NCBI GenBank assembly: GCA_047495785.1
Contig: JBLDXI010000054.1
Location: 1,488,001-1,552,000, forward strand
Length of the DNA stretch: 64,000 bases
Origin: Lepidodermella squamata
Taxonomy: Eukaryota; Animalia; Gastrotricha
Direction: 5' to 3'
Positions 11,289-22,767 of this stretch are shown one piece after another. Below the pieces are notes generated by a model. That model saw nothing but the letters and a program-made list of their open reading frames with translations. It was not told the origin of the DNA and made no database searches. How positions within the stretch are numbered: the stretch's first letter is position 1; every line of letters starts with the position of its first letter. The position numbers were made by a program, and so were the translations under genes.

Positions 11289-13875
11289 ATGGATTTGAAA
11301 TGGAATATTTTGATCTTTTTCAACCTGCTCACTGCAGCTGTTGCTGCGAAGTTACCGCTTTCTGCCCCATTAACGGGCAGAATATTCTCATCTAGCTACA
11401 ATTCTAGCGATGCATCTCGCTCAGTTTTGAGCCTGATGGCATCGTACAACTACGGCGGACCCGTCCAGCCATTAGGACCCGCTTGCTCTGAGGCCATTCG
11501 ACTTGTACTGGACAGCGTGAAAAAGCTCAACATACTACCCAAACACGAACTTGCAGTTGATATTGTCGATGACATGGTAAGTAGATAACTTGAGATATCC
11601 GATTAGACTAAAATCCTTGGAACTTCAGTTTTCCAGGCCAATTGGAGTTGTTAAGGTTCTGACGCAACTCCAGCTGAATGATCAAATCACAGACCGGTTG
11701 CCCCTAACATTGGGTTCGTTCTGCTCAGCAAATTACCTCACAGGCCAAATAATGCAGCATTTCAACTACGTTGGGCTGACAATGACGTCGGCTCAAAGTG
11801 AACTTCTAATGCAAAGATCGCGTTACGCAAACTACTTCGTCCTATTGCCCCAGTTGAGCTCTAGTTACGATGCTCTAACTAGCTTCCTCGACATGATGAA
11901 CTGGCGGAAAATTGCCATACTTTCAGAGGGTAGCGACTTTTTCGGCAGTATTGAAGCTGAATTCATCGCAAACTTTGAACGGGGAGAGAATGGGTCTAAA
12001 GTCTTAGCTGCTTTCAAGATTCCCTACGTTCTTGGAACACTTCCCGAGCCGCAATTTGTCGAGCAAGCTGTTGTGGATTTGAAAAAAGTGAAGCCGAGAA
12101 TTATACTCCTGAACGCAGTAACTACTGCTAGAGCAGCTTGCTATCTTCATAAGTACAAGTTGTACGGGCCTAATATCGTAATTCTAACCCTTACATCCAC
12201 CGTTTTTGCCCCGAATGACCCGTTTCGCTTCACGGAGTGGTGTACAGAGAAAATGCTGGAGGAAGTCCTCGAAAGCGTGATTGCGTTCAGCTACACGAGT
12301 TTGATGACTCTTGGGCAAAGTAAGGATGTCGACTCTCTCGGTAACTCGGGGACTGATCTAGACAAATGGCTCGATTTTAGAATTCAGAACCCGGAATTCT
12401 TCCCTACCTACACACACAATCGCCACTTTTGCTACGACACTACTATGGCTGGGGTTTTGGTTCTCAACCGAACTGAAGCACTACTACAAACAAGTAAGAT
12501 TAAAAATGAGGTAGTCTAGCGATTATTTTACTAACATTCGTTTCAAGGGAATCAAACTCTGTCACAGTGGGTAACAAATGGTAAGCTATTCAAGGATGAA
12601 GGGGCAGAAATAGCGGAAGTGATGAAAGAAGCGTTGTACTCAGCGAGATTTCGAACTAAAGTTGGAGACATCGGATTCGAGAGGAATACTTCCTTGAATT
12701 CGGGCGGAAATCCTATTCAAGGTTTCGTGCAGTATAGGCGAGACAACGCGACTTCTAAAGTTCGTTTGTACCCTATTTGCATATATTACTCTAGCAGCCG
12801 CAGGTTGGAATGTAATTTGAACTCGTTGAAATGGCGAACTGCATCCGGCAATGCCCCATTGGACCATGTCGTTAAAGTAATATCTGAATCTCCTTTGTTG
12901 GACTTTTCGGCTTATATCTCAGTCACGGTGATCTCCGTCTTAGTGCTATTCCTACTGATGTTCATCGCCATTAGATGGGAGCTCGGAATGACGAAAATTC
13001 GAAAGAATTCCGTACGAATTGACGAATTTATTCTGATTGGAGATGCTGTTGCACTCTGTTTCATCCTATTCCAGCCTCTGGAATGGAATAAGTACTTCAG
13101 AGCTTTATCATACACTGCATATTGCTGCTTATTTGTCGGCTTAGCTATTATGCTGTATGGTTTGACGGCGAAACTCGAGTTTCTTGCCAGAACGCTGAAG
13201 AAATCCACGACTTCACGATTCATAACATCTTCAAGTCGACCTTCATTAAGTACCGGCAATTTGAGGCTTACAGCTATATTACTAAGTCTTTTAGGGATCC
13301 TTCTGGTACTTCTGATGCTACTTCTGATGCTTACATGGTTCTTAGTTTCCCCTCCCGCAGTTTCTGTGAAATCAGTGGAAGATGCTTTTATAACTTCAGA
13401 TGACAGCGTAGAATTTTTGACGCTGGAATTCAGCCTAGTTTTGATCAACTCTTGGGTTTCGGAATCGTTAATCGCTATAATTTGCGCTATATATGGCCTA
13501 ATGGTATTGCGAGGTGGCTTTCTGGCATATAGCCTCAGATCTGTAAGTGTTGAAGTAGTTGGCTTGCATTAATTAATTCTTTTATCACAGAAACCTCCCT
13601 TGAAAGTCAGCAACGTAAAGCTGAGTGTGATTTGCTTCTACAGCACGGTGGTGCTTTTGACCTGTGGCGCTCTAGTAGCAGGAGCCATTTTCGAGGGAGG
13701 CGCTCAACGGCGTATCGCGTTATCAGTTATGATTCTCGCTTGTGCTTTGATAAATTTGGCCTTCCTGTTTCTCCCGCAGTTAAAGAAAGAAATTGCTATC
13801 TCCAAGAGCACGGTAACAACAGCTTTATTCATTGGTTCAAAATTCAATAGTAACGAGCTCAATAGAAATCACTGA
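11289..13875 (+). CDS. GABA-B-like class C GPCR; exons 11289-11576, 11629-12493, 12548-13542, 13591-13875 (~810 aa)
   Basis: Signal peptide, Venus-flytrap motifs (ILPKHELAV, GSFCS, RYANYF, MNWRKIAIL, PRIILL), WRTASGNAPLD stalk and 7TM. Three 48-54-bp GT-AG introns keep frame. Confidence 0.85.
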
Positions 13876-13913
13876 GTTATCTCTGAAATTTATCAATAAA
13901 ATTGTTGTGTAGC

Positions 13914-16124
13914 TTAATCACAATTTCTCCGTCGGCTGAAGTCGGTGAAAATCCATAGAAGTTCGATCAAGAGGCTTAAGGCAAGGCAGAGTGCTGCAAC
14001 AGCTACTTGCTGCTTGATAGGATAACGAGAAAGTAGTATGAATATCAGCACGCCAGCTGCTTCAATACTGACAGCGACTGCTATCTCAATTTTCGCGACT
14101 TGAAATGCTTTTTTAACGATGTGCTTGCGCGAAACTTGCCGCAAATGGATCGCCCAGTTGCAAGCTTGTAAAACAGGCAGAAATTGAACGAGTACCATAG
14201 TCCAAACCCAACCAGATCTGCTTTCTGTCATCGAGATACATTTGTTAAGCTTCGTCTCCAATGTTACGTCCATTTCGTAGTCGTAGTAGATGTTGGAAAC
14301 CGTTAAATCGCATCGGGATGGGTCTGCAGCTTGCCAAGCGGCAAATAATGCACAATTGATAGCGAGAATCAGGAGATAAAGCATAAACAAGCTTCCTTGA
14401 GCAGAGGCAAGAATGGCTTTCTCAACCTGCCGTCTAACTTCAGGTCGTTTCGCGATCTGCTGAGTTCGAAGGGAGACATGAAAGAAAAGTCCCATTCTCA
14501 AAATAAGGCTGCTATTGACCAAGGTAAGCCCAACAAAAAACAGGGTTATTCTAAGGTTCCAATGGGTTGAAGGCGAAAATAAGCCGTCTGTGACGTGAGC
14601 TATGGAAGAGATTTGAAGAAGGGCACATCCAATTAACGCCGCGATTTTTAGGAAAGCAGTGTCGATTGAGTCCATCCACCTGAAGTAAAGAGCCGCCATG
14701 CCTATGGTAGCTATAATCGACAATGCTGAGATGAACTGAATCCCTACCGATTCCCCTCCAGTCGGAGCTGCAACGCTGCTGAGAAATCGTCTGGCATCTC
14801 GAGGTGGCTCGCCATTGTCAGTTTTCCAGATACTGTCGCCGGATCGCTTTATTATGGTCCGATTTTCGATCAAGTAAACACGGCTGAAACGTTTCTCAGG
14901 AGTCCAGTAAGTGAGATAAATCGGTAGGCCCTGTAGTATCCCATTATCGTCGTAGTGTAGCCTCGCAACTCTCAAACCACGATAGTCGACCTCCTTTGCG
15001 GCTTGATTAACGGCGCGCGAGATATCGCGTGGCCTGTGTCGATATTGATCCAGCGACGAATTAATCAAATTTAATCGCGTTTCCACTATGTCTAGCGTAA
15101 TGACAGATTGCAGGACACCATCGTGGCACGAATATCGCAATTCGTAAAACGAACCACGTGAGGTGTTCGTAAAAAGGTCAAAATCTGAATCGAACTTTGC
15201 CCGATTATACCCGAAAGACGAATTCTGTGTCGGATCAATATTTTCGTCAAGATTTGAAAGCCATAGCATGTACTTGAGCTGTTCCATTACTATATCGCGA
15301 TTACAGCCGGGGGCGAAAACATGGTTTGGTATTGTAAGAGGATCTAAAACGGAGCCATAAGTCAGGAAAAAGTAGCGACTGCCAGTGATTCCGGCGGAGT
15401 AAGCGTAGCATAGAAAACTTGTGAGCAAAGACACGTTCGATATCAGGACGAGAATAATTCGAACATCCGAGTTTTTCATTGAGTTGATGACATCGAAATC
15501 GAAGCGGCGAAAGGCATCGAACCAAACAACTTCGACTCCCTCGAGGCTGGCCCTTTTCCGGATTAAATCAGCCTCCCTCGCGAATTTAAACGTTTCAGGG
15601 TCGAAAACTATCCCAACCTTGGTCCAGTTGCTCACCTCTCTAATGAACTTCAAATAAGCCCAATGACGTGCTTCGGTAGGTTCGTTCATTAGGAAGTAGT
15701 TCGGAAATCTCTGGCGATCATTCAAGTAGTCGGATGGGCAGCCTAATGAAATTACTGTGAAATTCATGGTGTAGGCCAACAGTCCTAGAGCTTTACAGCC
15801 ATCGTCATTCATAGGGCCTATAACGATAGGGGATGGTAAGAGCCAAGGTCTGTCCTCCATAAATCTCGTGTAGTTGAAAAAAGCATTCTGACCAGGCCTG
15901 GTAGCTGCAGGATGAGTGTCCCCGAATTCCAACTCGACGTTGTAATCTGGCAGAAACCGGTACTGATTATTCGCGTTTCGTTGAGCGATTTGAGCTGCCT
16001 GCATACATTCCGTCATCACACTGGCCGCGGGATTTTTCGGCAGCTGAAAATTGATGAGCATGTGAAGAGTTTTCTGCTTCATTGCAGCTACAGCAGTTAT
16101 CAAAGCTAGAGCTATAAACCTCAT
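13914..16124 (-). CDS. Intronless GABA-B-like class C GPCR
   Basis: Signal peptide MRFIALALITAVAA, FLPDYNVEL, RFPNYF, NWTKVGIV, DVRIILV, WKTDNGEPPRD stalk, then 7 hydrophobic helices. Confidence 0.88.
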   Translation of the reverse strand: MRFIALALITAVAAMKQKTLHMLINFQLPKNPAASVMTECMQAAQIAQRNANNQYRFLPDYNVELEFGDTHPAATRPGQNAFFNYTRFMEDRPWLLPSPIVIGPMNDDGCKALGLLAYTMNFTVISLGCPSDYLNDRQRFPNYFLMNEPTEARHWAYLKFIREVSNWTKVGIVFDPETFKFAREADLIRKRASLEGVEVVWFDAFRRFDFDVINSMKNSDVRIILVLISNVSLLTSFLCYAYSAGITGSRYFFLTYGSVLDPLTIPNHVFAPGCNRDIVMEQLKYMLWLSNLDENIDPTQNSSFGYNRAKFDSDFDLFTNTSRGSFYELRYSCHDGVLQSVITLDIVETRLNLINSSLDQYRHRPRDISRAVNQAAKEVDYRGLRVARLHYDDNGILQGLPIYLTYWTPEKRFSRVYLIENRTIIKRSGDSIWKTDNGEPPRDARRFLSSVAAPTGGESVGIQFISALSIIATIGMAALYFRWMDSIDTAFLKIAALIGCALLQISSIAHVTDGLFSPSTHWNLRITLFFVGLTLVNSSLILRMGLFFHVSLRTQQIAKRPEVRRQVEKAILASAQGSLFMLYLLILAINCALFAAWQAADPSRCDLTVSNIYYDYEMDVTLETKLNKCISMTESRSGWVWTMVLVQFLPVLQACNWAIHLRQVSRKHIVKKAFQVAKIEIAVAVSIEAAGVLIFILLSRYPIKQQVAVAALCLALSLLIELLWIFTDFSRRRNCD

Positions 16125-16477
16125 TTTAAAGTGAAAAAGCACTTATCAGTATTTTTTAACCTAGCCTACTTGCTAGACGCATCAATCAGGTGTTATGGAT
16201 CACCTGACAATCTCATAAATTCTGACCGTTTCATCGCTCTAATTGATAAAAGCAGGTTTAATTAGATTGCGAAATAAGACACTACCCACCTTAATTACTC
16301 AAATTAATAGGGCGTGACGTCTTCAGGTGTAAAAGTAGCGGTCATTTCAGATTTATGACCTCAGTGAGATTCCGTGGCATTATCGCGGGCGGAGCCCCAT
16401 TAGACTAAATCTTCTTGATTAACCACGATTGAGTACGAAGAGATTTCCTAATAAGCTGTATCTGTAAGTATGTACCT

Positions 16478-18892
16478 ATGATCGCAGATATAAGAGCAGT
16501 CTGCGATCATCTTCTCCTCCGATTTCTCAAATTTTCTGTGCTCGTATTCTTCATGATCTGGCTTAAAATGACATTTCTCATGCTCTCTGCATTTGGCTCC
16601 ATTGACTCGACAAAGCCTGTAAAAATGCAGCTGATGGCTTTCATTCCATTTACTGGCAACGATCCGTTCGACGGATCGATTTGCCAGGCTGCTATGCAAG
16701 TAGCTGTGAATGCATTCAATTCCCAAGCTAAACTACTTCCGAACTATGAAATCGTTCCTATCTACGCTGATGAAGGTCCGCTATCTCTCAACATCGCCAA
16801 AACCTTGATATCATTCTCGGGGGATCAGAATTTGGGAGTGAAGGCTCCTATTAGCCTTGGTTCCTATTTCAGCTCTGGATGCCAAAGAGCCGGGCCTATT
16901 TTTCACCACCTTAATTTTGTATTCATCGCAACTGGCTGCGGGGCCCCGAACTTGCTAGACCGGCGATCAATCTACCCTAATGTTTACCGCTCGCGGGTTC
17001 CGACTCTCAACACTGTCTACCTTCGCCTAGCTTTTATAAAAAAATACACAACATGGAGGAAACTTGCGTTGATAACCTACTCGGACAACATTTTTGACGT
17101 GTCGAACTCGCAACTTTTCTATAACATTGCTAAATCAAATGGATTGAATGTTGGTTGGTACGAAGCTGTGCCGGATATCTATAGAGAGACGCTAAAAGCT
17201 CTTAAGGAGACAAATATCCGAATTATCGTGATCGATATGACTTCGGTTGCTATGGTTACAGTTTTCTACTGCAAAACATACGAAATCGGAATAAGAGGCC
17301 CTCGTTATGTCTTTATCGGGAACAACAACGGCTACCTGGATCTCAGCATACCTAGCTCCTATTCCAGCATTCCCAAGGGATGCACAAAAGACATGCTGCT
17401 CGAGCAATATAGAATCACAGTAAGGATAGGGACCTATTTATCCCCGGCTGAGAACTACGGAATGACGGTGTTAGGCTACGATTTGCCCGGATTCGAAAGC
17501 AGACTAGATCTTCTGACTAATAGATCAAGAGTTGCAGATTATCGAACCCGATTTTATTGCCACGATGCAATGCTTCAAAGCTTGCTGACACTGGCCAACG
17601 CCGAAAGCCGCCTTAATTCCGAGGATTTGACCCTCGCTGATCTTGACCGGTTTCCTAACAAAGTAATGCAAGTTGTTAATCAAAGCACTGCGGAGATTGA
17701 TTTCGTTGGGCTGAGAATCGGACGAACTGTTTATTCAAAGCGGCTTGAGCTTGATTATGAATCCCTTTTCCTCGGAACTTTCGACCGAAATACCAGCTCG
17801 GTACAGGTTGTTTCAAGGGTAACGTTAGCCATCAACTCGACAGTTTCGGATTTTGATAAGTACATCTTCCAAGGCAGCAATTCTAAGTTCATATGGCCTG
17901 GGGCAGATTCGGGTGAGTTGCCCCAAGATCTCTGGCAGGAGAGATTTCTAACCCAGGAGACCCCGATTCGGTACACTGTTGTTCTTGCTTCGTTGAGTTT
18001 CGTAATTGTTATCGGTCTTGCTCGATTTGTAGTGAATTTTATCAGTGTTCATAGACAGAGCCAATTTGTATTCAAATACTTACTCGAGTACGAATTGTGG
18101 TTAGCTTTTGCTTGCTTTACTACTAACATCTCTGCTTTAACTTTCGTCTTTGATATCCCGTTCTGCGCTGTGAGAGTTGGCCTTCTATTAGCGGGTCTAT
18201 CCTTACTCCATGGCCAATTATTCGGCGCAGCTCTGCAAATTCATAGCAAAATGAATGAGATTCAGGATATTGAATTATTACGACCTCCGTCTTCAATACG
18301 CCTCTCCGAAAAGAGTCGCCATCGCCATCATAGAGCGCGCTTAAACCATTCAAGTGTCGCTAAATGTACCGTTATATTCCTCCTTCTGAATCTCTGCATT
18401 TTCGAAGCTTGGGTAATCACTCATCCCGAGGAGATGTCGACAGCTCACGTGAGATTGGCCCCTTACTACGTCGAGCTGGAGGACACTATGGTCTACCCAT
18501 CAGCTGTGCTCTGCAAATTTACATCAGGCTTCAGCTGGCCGATTAGCTTCATCGTAATTCACGTATTCGTGATTCTTTTAGCTGTGCTGCTTATTTTCAG
18601 GGCAGCTCATTCGAGCGCGGCTCTTTTCTCGCTCATTAAGAAGCACCGCATGCAACTGATACTAGCTAATTCGTTCACGATCGTAATTGCATCGATCTTG
18701 CTCGTTGCTACCTTGGAGGATCCTGCGGATCGCAATGCAATACTTGGATTTGCCGCACTCGCCCACTCTGCTTCAACGCTAGTCATTTACTGGCTGAGAA
18801 ATGATAAAATCTTCAAGGTAGATGTAAAAAACTACAACCCTTCCGCGACGCAACTCGTGGAATTACAAGTGACTGGTCATGTAGGCAGCTAA
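16478..18892 (+). CDS. Intronless GABA-B-like class C GPCR (true start may be a downstream ATG)
   Basis: LLPNYEIV, YPNVYR, WRKLALI, NIRIIVI, GPRYVFI, WPG..ELPQD stalk and 7TM. Confidence 0.88.
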   Translation: MIADIRAVCDHLLLRFLKFSVLVFFMIWLKMTFLMLSAFGSIDSTKPVKMQLMAFIPFTGNDPFDGSICQAAMQVAVNAFNSQAKLLPNYEIVPIYADEGPLSLNIAKTLISFSGDQNLGVKAPISLGSYFSSGCQRAGPIFHHLNFVFIATGCGAPNLLDRRSIYPNVYRSRVPTLNTVYLRLAFIKKYTTWRKLALITYSDNIFDVSNSQLFYNIAKSNGLNVGWYEAVPDIYRETLKALKETNIRIIVIDMTSVAMVTVFYCKTYEIGIRGPRYVFIGNNNGYLDLSIPSSYSSIPKGCTKDMLLEQYRITVRIGTYLSPAENYGMTVLGYDLPGFESRLDLLTNRSRVADYRTRFYCHDAMLQSLLTLANAESRLNSEDLTLADLDRFPNKVMQVVNQSTAEIDFVGLRIGRTVYSKRLELDYESLFLGTFDRNTSSVQVVSRVTLAINSTVSDFDKYIFQGSNSKFIWPGADSGELPQDLWQERFLTQETPIRYTVVLASLSFVIVIGLARFVVNFISVHRQSQFVFKYLLEYELWLAFACFTTNISALTFVFDIPFCAVRVGLLLAGLSLLHGQLFGAALQIHSKMNEIQDIELLRPPSSIRLSEKSRHRHHRARLNHSSVAKCTVIFLLLNLCIFEAWVITHPEEMSTAHVRLAPYYVELEDTMVYPSAVLCKFTSGFSWPISFIVIHVFVILLAVLLIFRAAHSSAALFSLIKKHRMQLILANSFTIVIASILLVATLEDPADRNAILGFAALAHSASTLVIYWLRNDKIFKVDVKNYNPSATQLVELQVTGHVGS

Positions 18893-19180
18893 GATTCGTG
18901 CCGATATGGGAACAGGGAACAGGAAACCTTCGAGCTTCAGGAGCCCATCAAGGGAAGCTTTCGAACTGTTAGAAAACAAAAAAATCCGTTATGTCCCGTT
19001 AACGATAAGTACCAACAATGAAATGATGGATAAAAAACCTATACAGCTAGCTTGGTTATGGCTTGTCTCGAAATAAGAGATAACGTATATTGTATGATAA
19101 TTTCAGAGATAGTAAGGCTATCTCTAAAATTGCGGCTTGCTACCGCAGTAGAAAAGCGTTATTGTTGAAATTCTGGTAAA

Positions 19181-20249
19181 ATGACTGATGAGAATAACTC
19201 GGTTTTGAGCCAGCAACTTGAAGCCGAACGGCAGGCAAGAAATGAAGCTGAACGCAATTTGGCTGAGGCAAATGCAAAGGTCTTAACAATTTTTTCTGAA
19301 TGCACCTTTTCAAGATTTTCCTTCTAGATTGAACAGCTTGAGCAACGAATTCGCGAGGTAAAAGCGCTTCTTTGTAAGAAATATGGTTCATTAGCACGAT
19401 AACTTGTTTAGCATGAGATCAACGAGGCAGCTCTAGTCAGCAAAATTCAGCAAGTGGAAGCCGAGAGATTGGTTTGTCCTGAAAATATCTTTATTGAAAG
19501 ACAATGATTGCGCCATTCCAGGAGAGCCAGAGCGAGATCGAAAAACTCGAGAACAAACCTAGCGCCGCCTTGATCGATAGGCAGAAGGTTGAACCATTGG
19601 GCGACTAGAATGTTTAATCTTTTTCCTTTGTATTTAGAAGTTTTTCAGTGCTTGCGTGGCTGGAAACGCCTCGGTCGTCCAGTCGTTCCTCCAAGCGAGT
19701 CGGTCTGACGCTTTGGCGCTCATTGACGCCCGTTATGAGCCGTCTCTACACGGCGCAATGATGTCAGGGTGGAAAATAGCTCGGGGTGAGACTTGCCTGC
19801 ATCTTTGCTCGCGAGCTTCTGTCGACACGGTTGCTCAGCTGATTTTGGTGACGAAACTCCTCCTCGAGCAACATGTCAACGAATTGTCCGAACGAAATGC
19901 TATGCGCCAGTTGCGGCTATTCGTCAACGCTCAAAGCGCAACCGGGCATACGGCGCTGCATTGGGCGGCTGCGAAGGCTAAACTCGCGAGCTTGCGGGTT
20001 CTTTGCGAGTTTGAGACTAGCGACGACGAAGGAACTTTGGCTCAGTTGGATGTTAAGAATAACGACGGGCAAACAGCATTGCTGTGGGCAGTTTACGAGA
20101 ATCGCATCGATGTAGTGAAATATCTGCTTGGGAAGGGCGCGGATGCGAGTGCTCGGGATGCTACTCAACAGACGCCCCTGCGAATCGCACGTTTGTTCAA
20201 TTACGGGGATGTTATTAAACTTCTTGTGCAACATAAAGCCAAAGAATGA
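19181..20249 (+). CDS. Coiled-coil + ankyrin-repeat protein; exons 19181-19279, 19328-19357, 19412-19471, 19522-19587, 19638-20249
   Basis: Ankyrin motifs GETCLHL, GHTALHWAA, GQTALLWAV, QTPLRIA. Four phase-0 ~50-bp GT-AG introns join short coiled-coil exons in frame. Confidence 0.85.
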
Positions 20250-20464
20250 TTGCGTTTTTTGCTGAATCAAAGTAAAATGACAGTTTTCTCATAAATCTGC
20301 TGAAATCGCAAATATATTATTGAGATATGACTTGTGTCACAAATCATCGGAATGAAACATTGATTCAACGAGCAAACAAAAGAAGATGCAAAACAAACAA
20401 AGCTGCTATACACAAGTCAGCACGAAAGCAAATAATTGCGCATATTCACACACGAAACTTTAAA

Positions 20465-21526
20465 ATGCCCATCAACGGTACAGTAGCCTTGCTTGATTTG
20501 TTACTTGCTACGTGTAACATTGATCCGTTGGTGAACTCGCCGAGTGAGCTACTCGGCCAACCTACAGTTGTTCAGCTGGCATTCGCTGCTGACAGGATGC
20601 TGAAAATTGACGATGTCGAAGAAACAATGTCATTGTCTGCGTTTTTCGGCTTCTTATGGCTTGACAATTGCACACAAGAAAATTCGGCTTATTTCAAAAA
20701 TCAGTCTGGCGATCTCGATGGACTGTTTTTTCTCAAAGGCAACGACAAAATTTGGTGGCCAACGGTCATTCATCGAAATAGCCCGAACAACCCAGCTATG
20801 AGTGGCGATGAAATAAGCCGATCAGTCGCGATCAATATTACATTGGGTGCCTATTCAAACCAGATCTATGGTCCTTTCACTTCATACTGTTCGATGCACT
20901 TCTGGCGATTCCCGTACGACACTCAGGAATGTTGCCTTCAATTAATGCTATTAGCGAATTCCAAGTTTGTGGTGATTGGTGACTTACTCTTCCCGAAAGA
21001 GTCGATAAGTAGTAAGTTAATGCCTGAGGGCTCAGTTTGGCAAGCAGTATCACAAGGAGCTCGACTCGGTGATGGAAACTCATCAGCATTTTTCTGCCTA
21101 ACTCTCAAGCGCGATCCGAGTTATGTGATTTCAAATTTGTTCGCCCCAAGCTTCATTCTCACAATTCTGAGCCTGTGCAGCTTCTTCGTACCAGCCGAAT
21201 GCCCGGATAGAGCTGCCTTCGCGGTCACTATAATGCTAGCAATGTTTGTTCTACAATCAGACATGCTGGCAAATCTGCCCAAGACGAGCGAGCCGATCTT
21301 AGCGACTTATTTCCTGTTTGGTCAGATCGTTTTTCAAATGGCTTGCGCTGTCTACGCGGCTGTGATGTGTTCTTTCATCACGTTGTACCCCAGAACGGCG
21401 GCTGTGAAATTTCGATTCCGAAAGACAATATTTCGTGGTTACCTTGTCGTGGATTTCACGGTATTTATACTATTCCTTGCTGCTATGGTCATTTTTTACG
21501 TGTCAATTTTCTTAATCATCAACTAG
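20465..21526 (+). CDS. Cys-loop ligand-gated ion channel subunit, type A, intronless, 353 aa
   Basis: IWWP, Cys-loop CSMHFWRFPYDTQEC, LKR pre-M1, four TMs, LPKTS M2-M3 loop. ATG chosen by alignment to paralogues. Confidence 0.92.
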   Translation: MPINGTVALLDLLLATCNIDPLVNSPSELLGQPTVVQLAFAADRMLKIDDVEETMSLSAFFGFLWLDNCTQENSAYFKNQSGDLDGLFFLKGNDKIWWPTVIHRNSPNNPAMSGDEISRSVAINITLGAYSNQIYGPFTSYCSMHFWRFPYDTQECCLQLMLLANSKFVVIGDLLFPKESISSKLMPEGSVWQAVSQGARLGDGNSSAFFCLTLKRDPSYVISNLFAPSFILTILSLCSFFVPAECPDRAAFAVTIMLAMFVLQSDMLANLPKTSEPILATYFLFGQIVFQMACAVYAAVMCSFITLYPRTAAVKFRFRKTIFRGYLVVDFTVFILFLAAMVIFYVSIFLIIN

Positions 21527-22111
21527 ACCTGAGTAAATCTTGGCTATACAAACCCCGTGCAGAACTCATTAACATCAGTCGCGTAACATCGAACGATCAG
21601 AACTTCTGCAAAATATAATAAAACAGTATAGTGATATGCTCTAGCCTAGCTTGGAGTCAGTTCAGGCTATATCAAAACGTTTTTGCTGCGCGGCTTGTTC
21701 ATTGCTTCACACAAAATTCGTACTAGTAACGTTCCGCTATACCATGTACTGTGGTGATGGGATATGTGTAGAAGAGAACATTGGGATAAAGCGAACATAT
21801 CACAATAAATAATGCGAATTTAAAGCTTTTTTGAAGCTAATTGAAGGCCGCTCACGAGCGGCGCGTCATTCTGTTCAAACTATCATTCAATTCAATTATT
21901 CCTTTTTGAAATTAGGAAGACGTAAGACCCTTCTGTGTTTCATGAGTTTACCTGTCAGGATGGCTTAATTGGATAGCCAAGTACATGATTATAGATCTAT
22001 CCTCAACAGATTAACATCAAAAGCGCCCGAGAAATAGGTATGTAAGCAAACACTTCTGTATGTTTATTGTCAGGCCGGAGGCGTGTTGTATGAATCCTCA
22101 ATCCTAAAAAT

Positions 22112-22122
22112 TAATGCGATTA
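22112..22122. promoter_or_regulatory. Palindromic TAATnnnATTA (paired-class homeodomain P3-type) site; also at 27452-27462 and 30647-30657
   Basis: Conserved in all three peptide-gene upstream regions within the block GCCGGAGGCGTGTTGT..GAATCCT.AATCCT.AAATTAATG.GATTAAA. Confidence 0.45.
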
Positions 22123-22256
22123 AAGCAATGACGAAATGTGAATCTGCCTGGTGGAGGCCAAATGAGTCATTTTATTCAGCGCATAAAAAGCATTGATTCC
22201 TGCGATCGGATGACCATTTTCCGGGTTGTTATCTCTATTTACTTTTTCCGGTGGAA

Positions 22257-22586
22257 ATGTGCGGAGTCTTATTAGCCGGTCTAACAACTGCCCTTGCCGT
22301 GCTGGAAGTAATCAATGGCTATCCCCTGCAGCAACCATCCGGGGAGGATTATTTTCCAGTTTTCATCACTCGAGAAAATCCTGCGATTGAAACTACAGGC
22401 AATTTTCTTGTTGAAAAATCCGCGGCTATGGATCGTCATTCTGCACTATTGGGACCATCGAACATCTTCGAACCAACCGAGATAAGCAATGTATTCCGGT
22501 TTCCAACCCCAACTACCAATTTCAAATTGTCGTACCTCAACGGTTTGATGGCGCCTTTGCAATCTTACTATATGTCCAGGGAGTAA
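22257..22586 (+). CDS. Small secreted peptide precursor, unrecognised family (copy 1)
   Basis: Signal peptide ending ING|YPLQ. C-terminus TTNFKLSYLNGLMAPLQSYYMSRE is identical to copy 3, with synonymous divergence. Confidence 0.8.
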   Translation: MCGVLLAGLTTALAVLEVINGYPLQQPSGEDYFPVFITRENPAIETTGNFLVEKSAAMDRHSALLGPSNIFEPTEISNVFRFPTPTTNFKLSYLNGLMAPLQSYYMSRE

Positions 22587-22767
22587 TATTGTTTGAATTG
22601 GTCGACATATCGAGACTGGACCCACGACCTTCTTAATTTAAATAAATGTCAAGTGAATAGAGGCTAAACACTAATGGACAAGCTTAGATCACGTGTTAGC
22701 TATGTTGATAATTAAGCCCGTGATTTCGAGTTTCGAGACAATGCCTACCTTAAGAGATCCGGATATA

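Noticed and set aside
20327-20464. N-terminal extensions of channel ORFs (also 45913-46032)
   Set aside because: Not hydrophobic and not conserved as coding sequence; paralogues start at the M..NG methionine.
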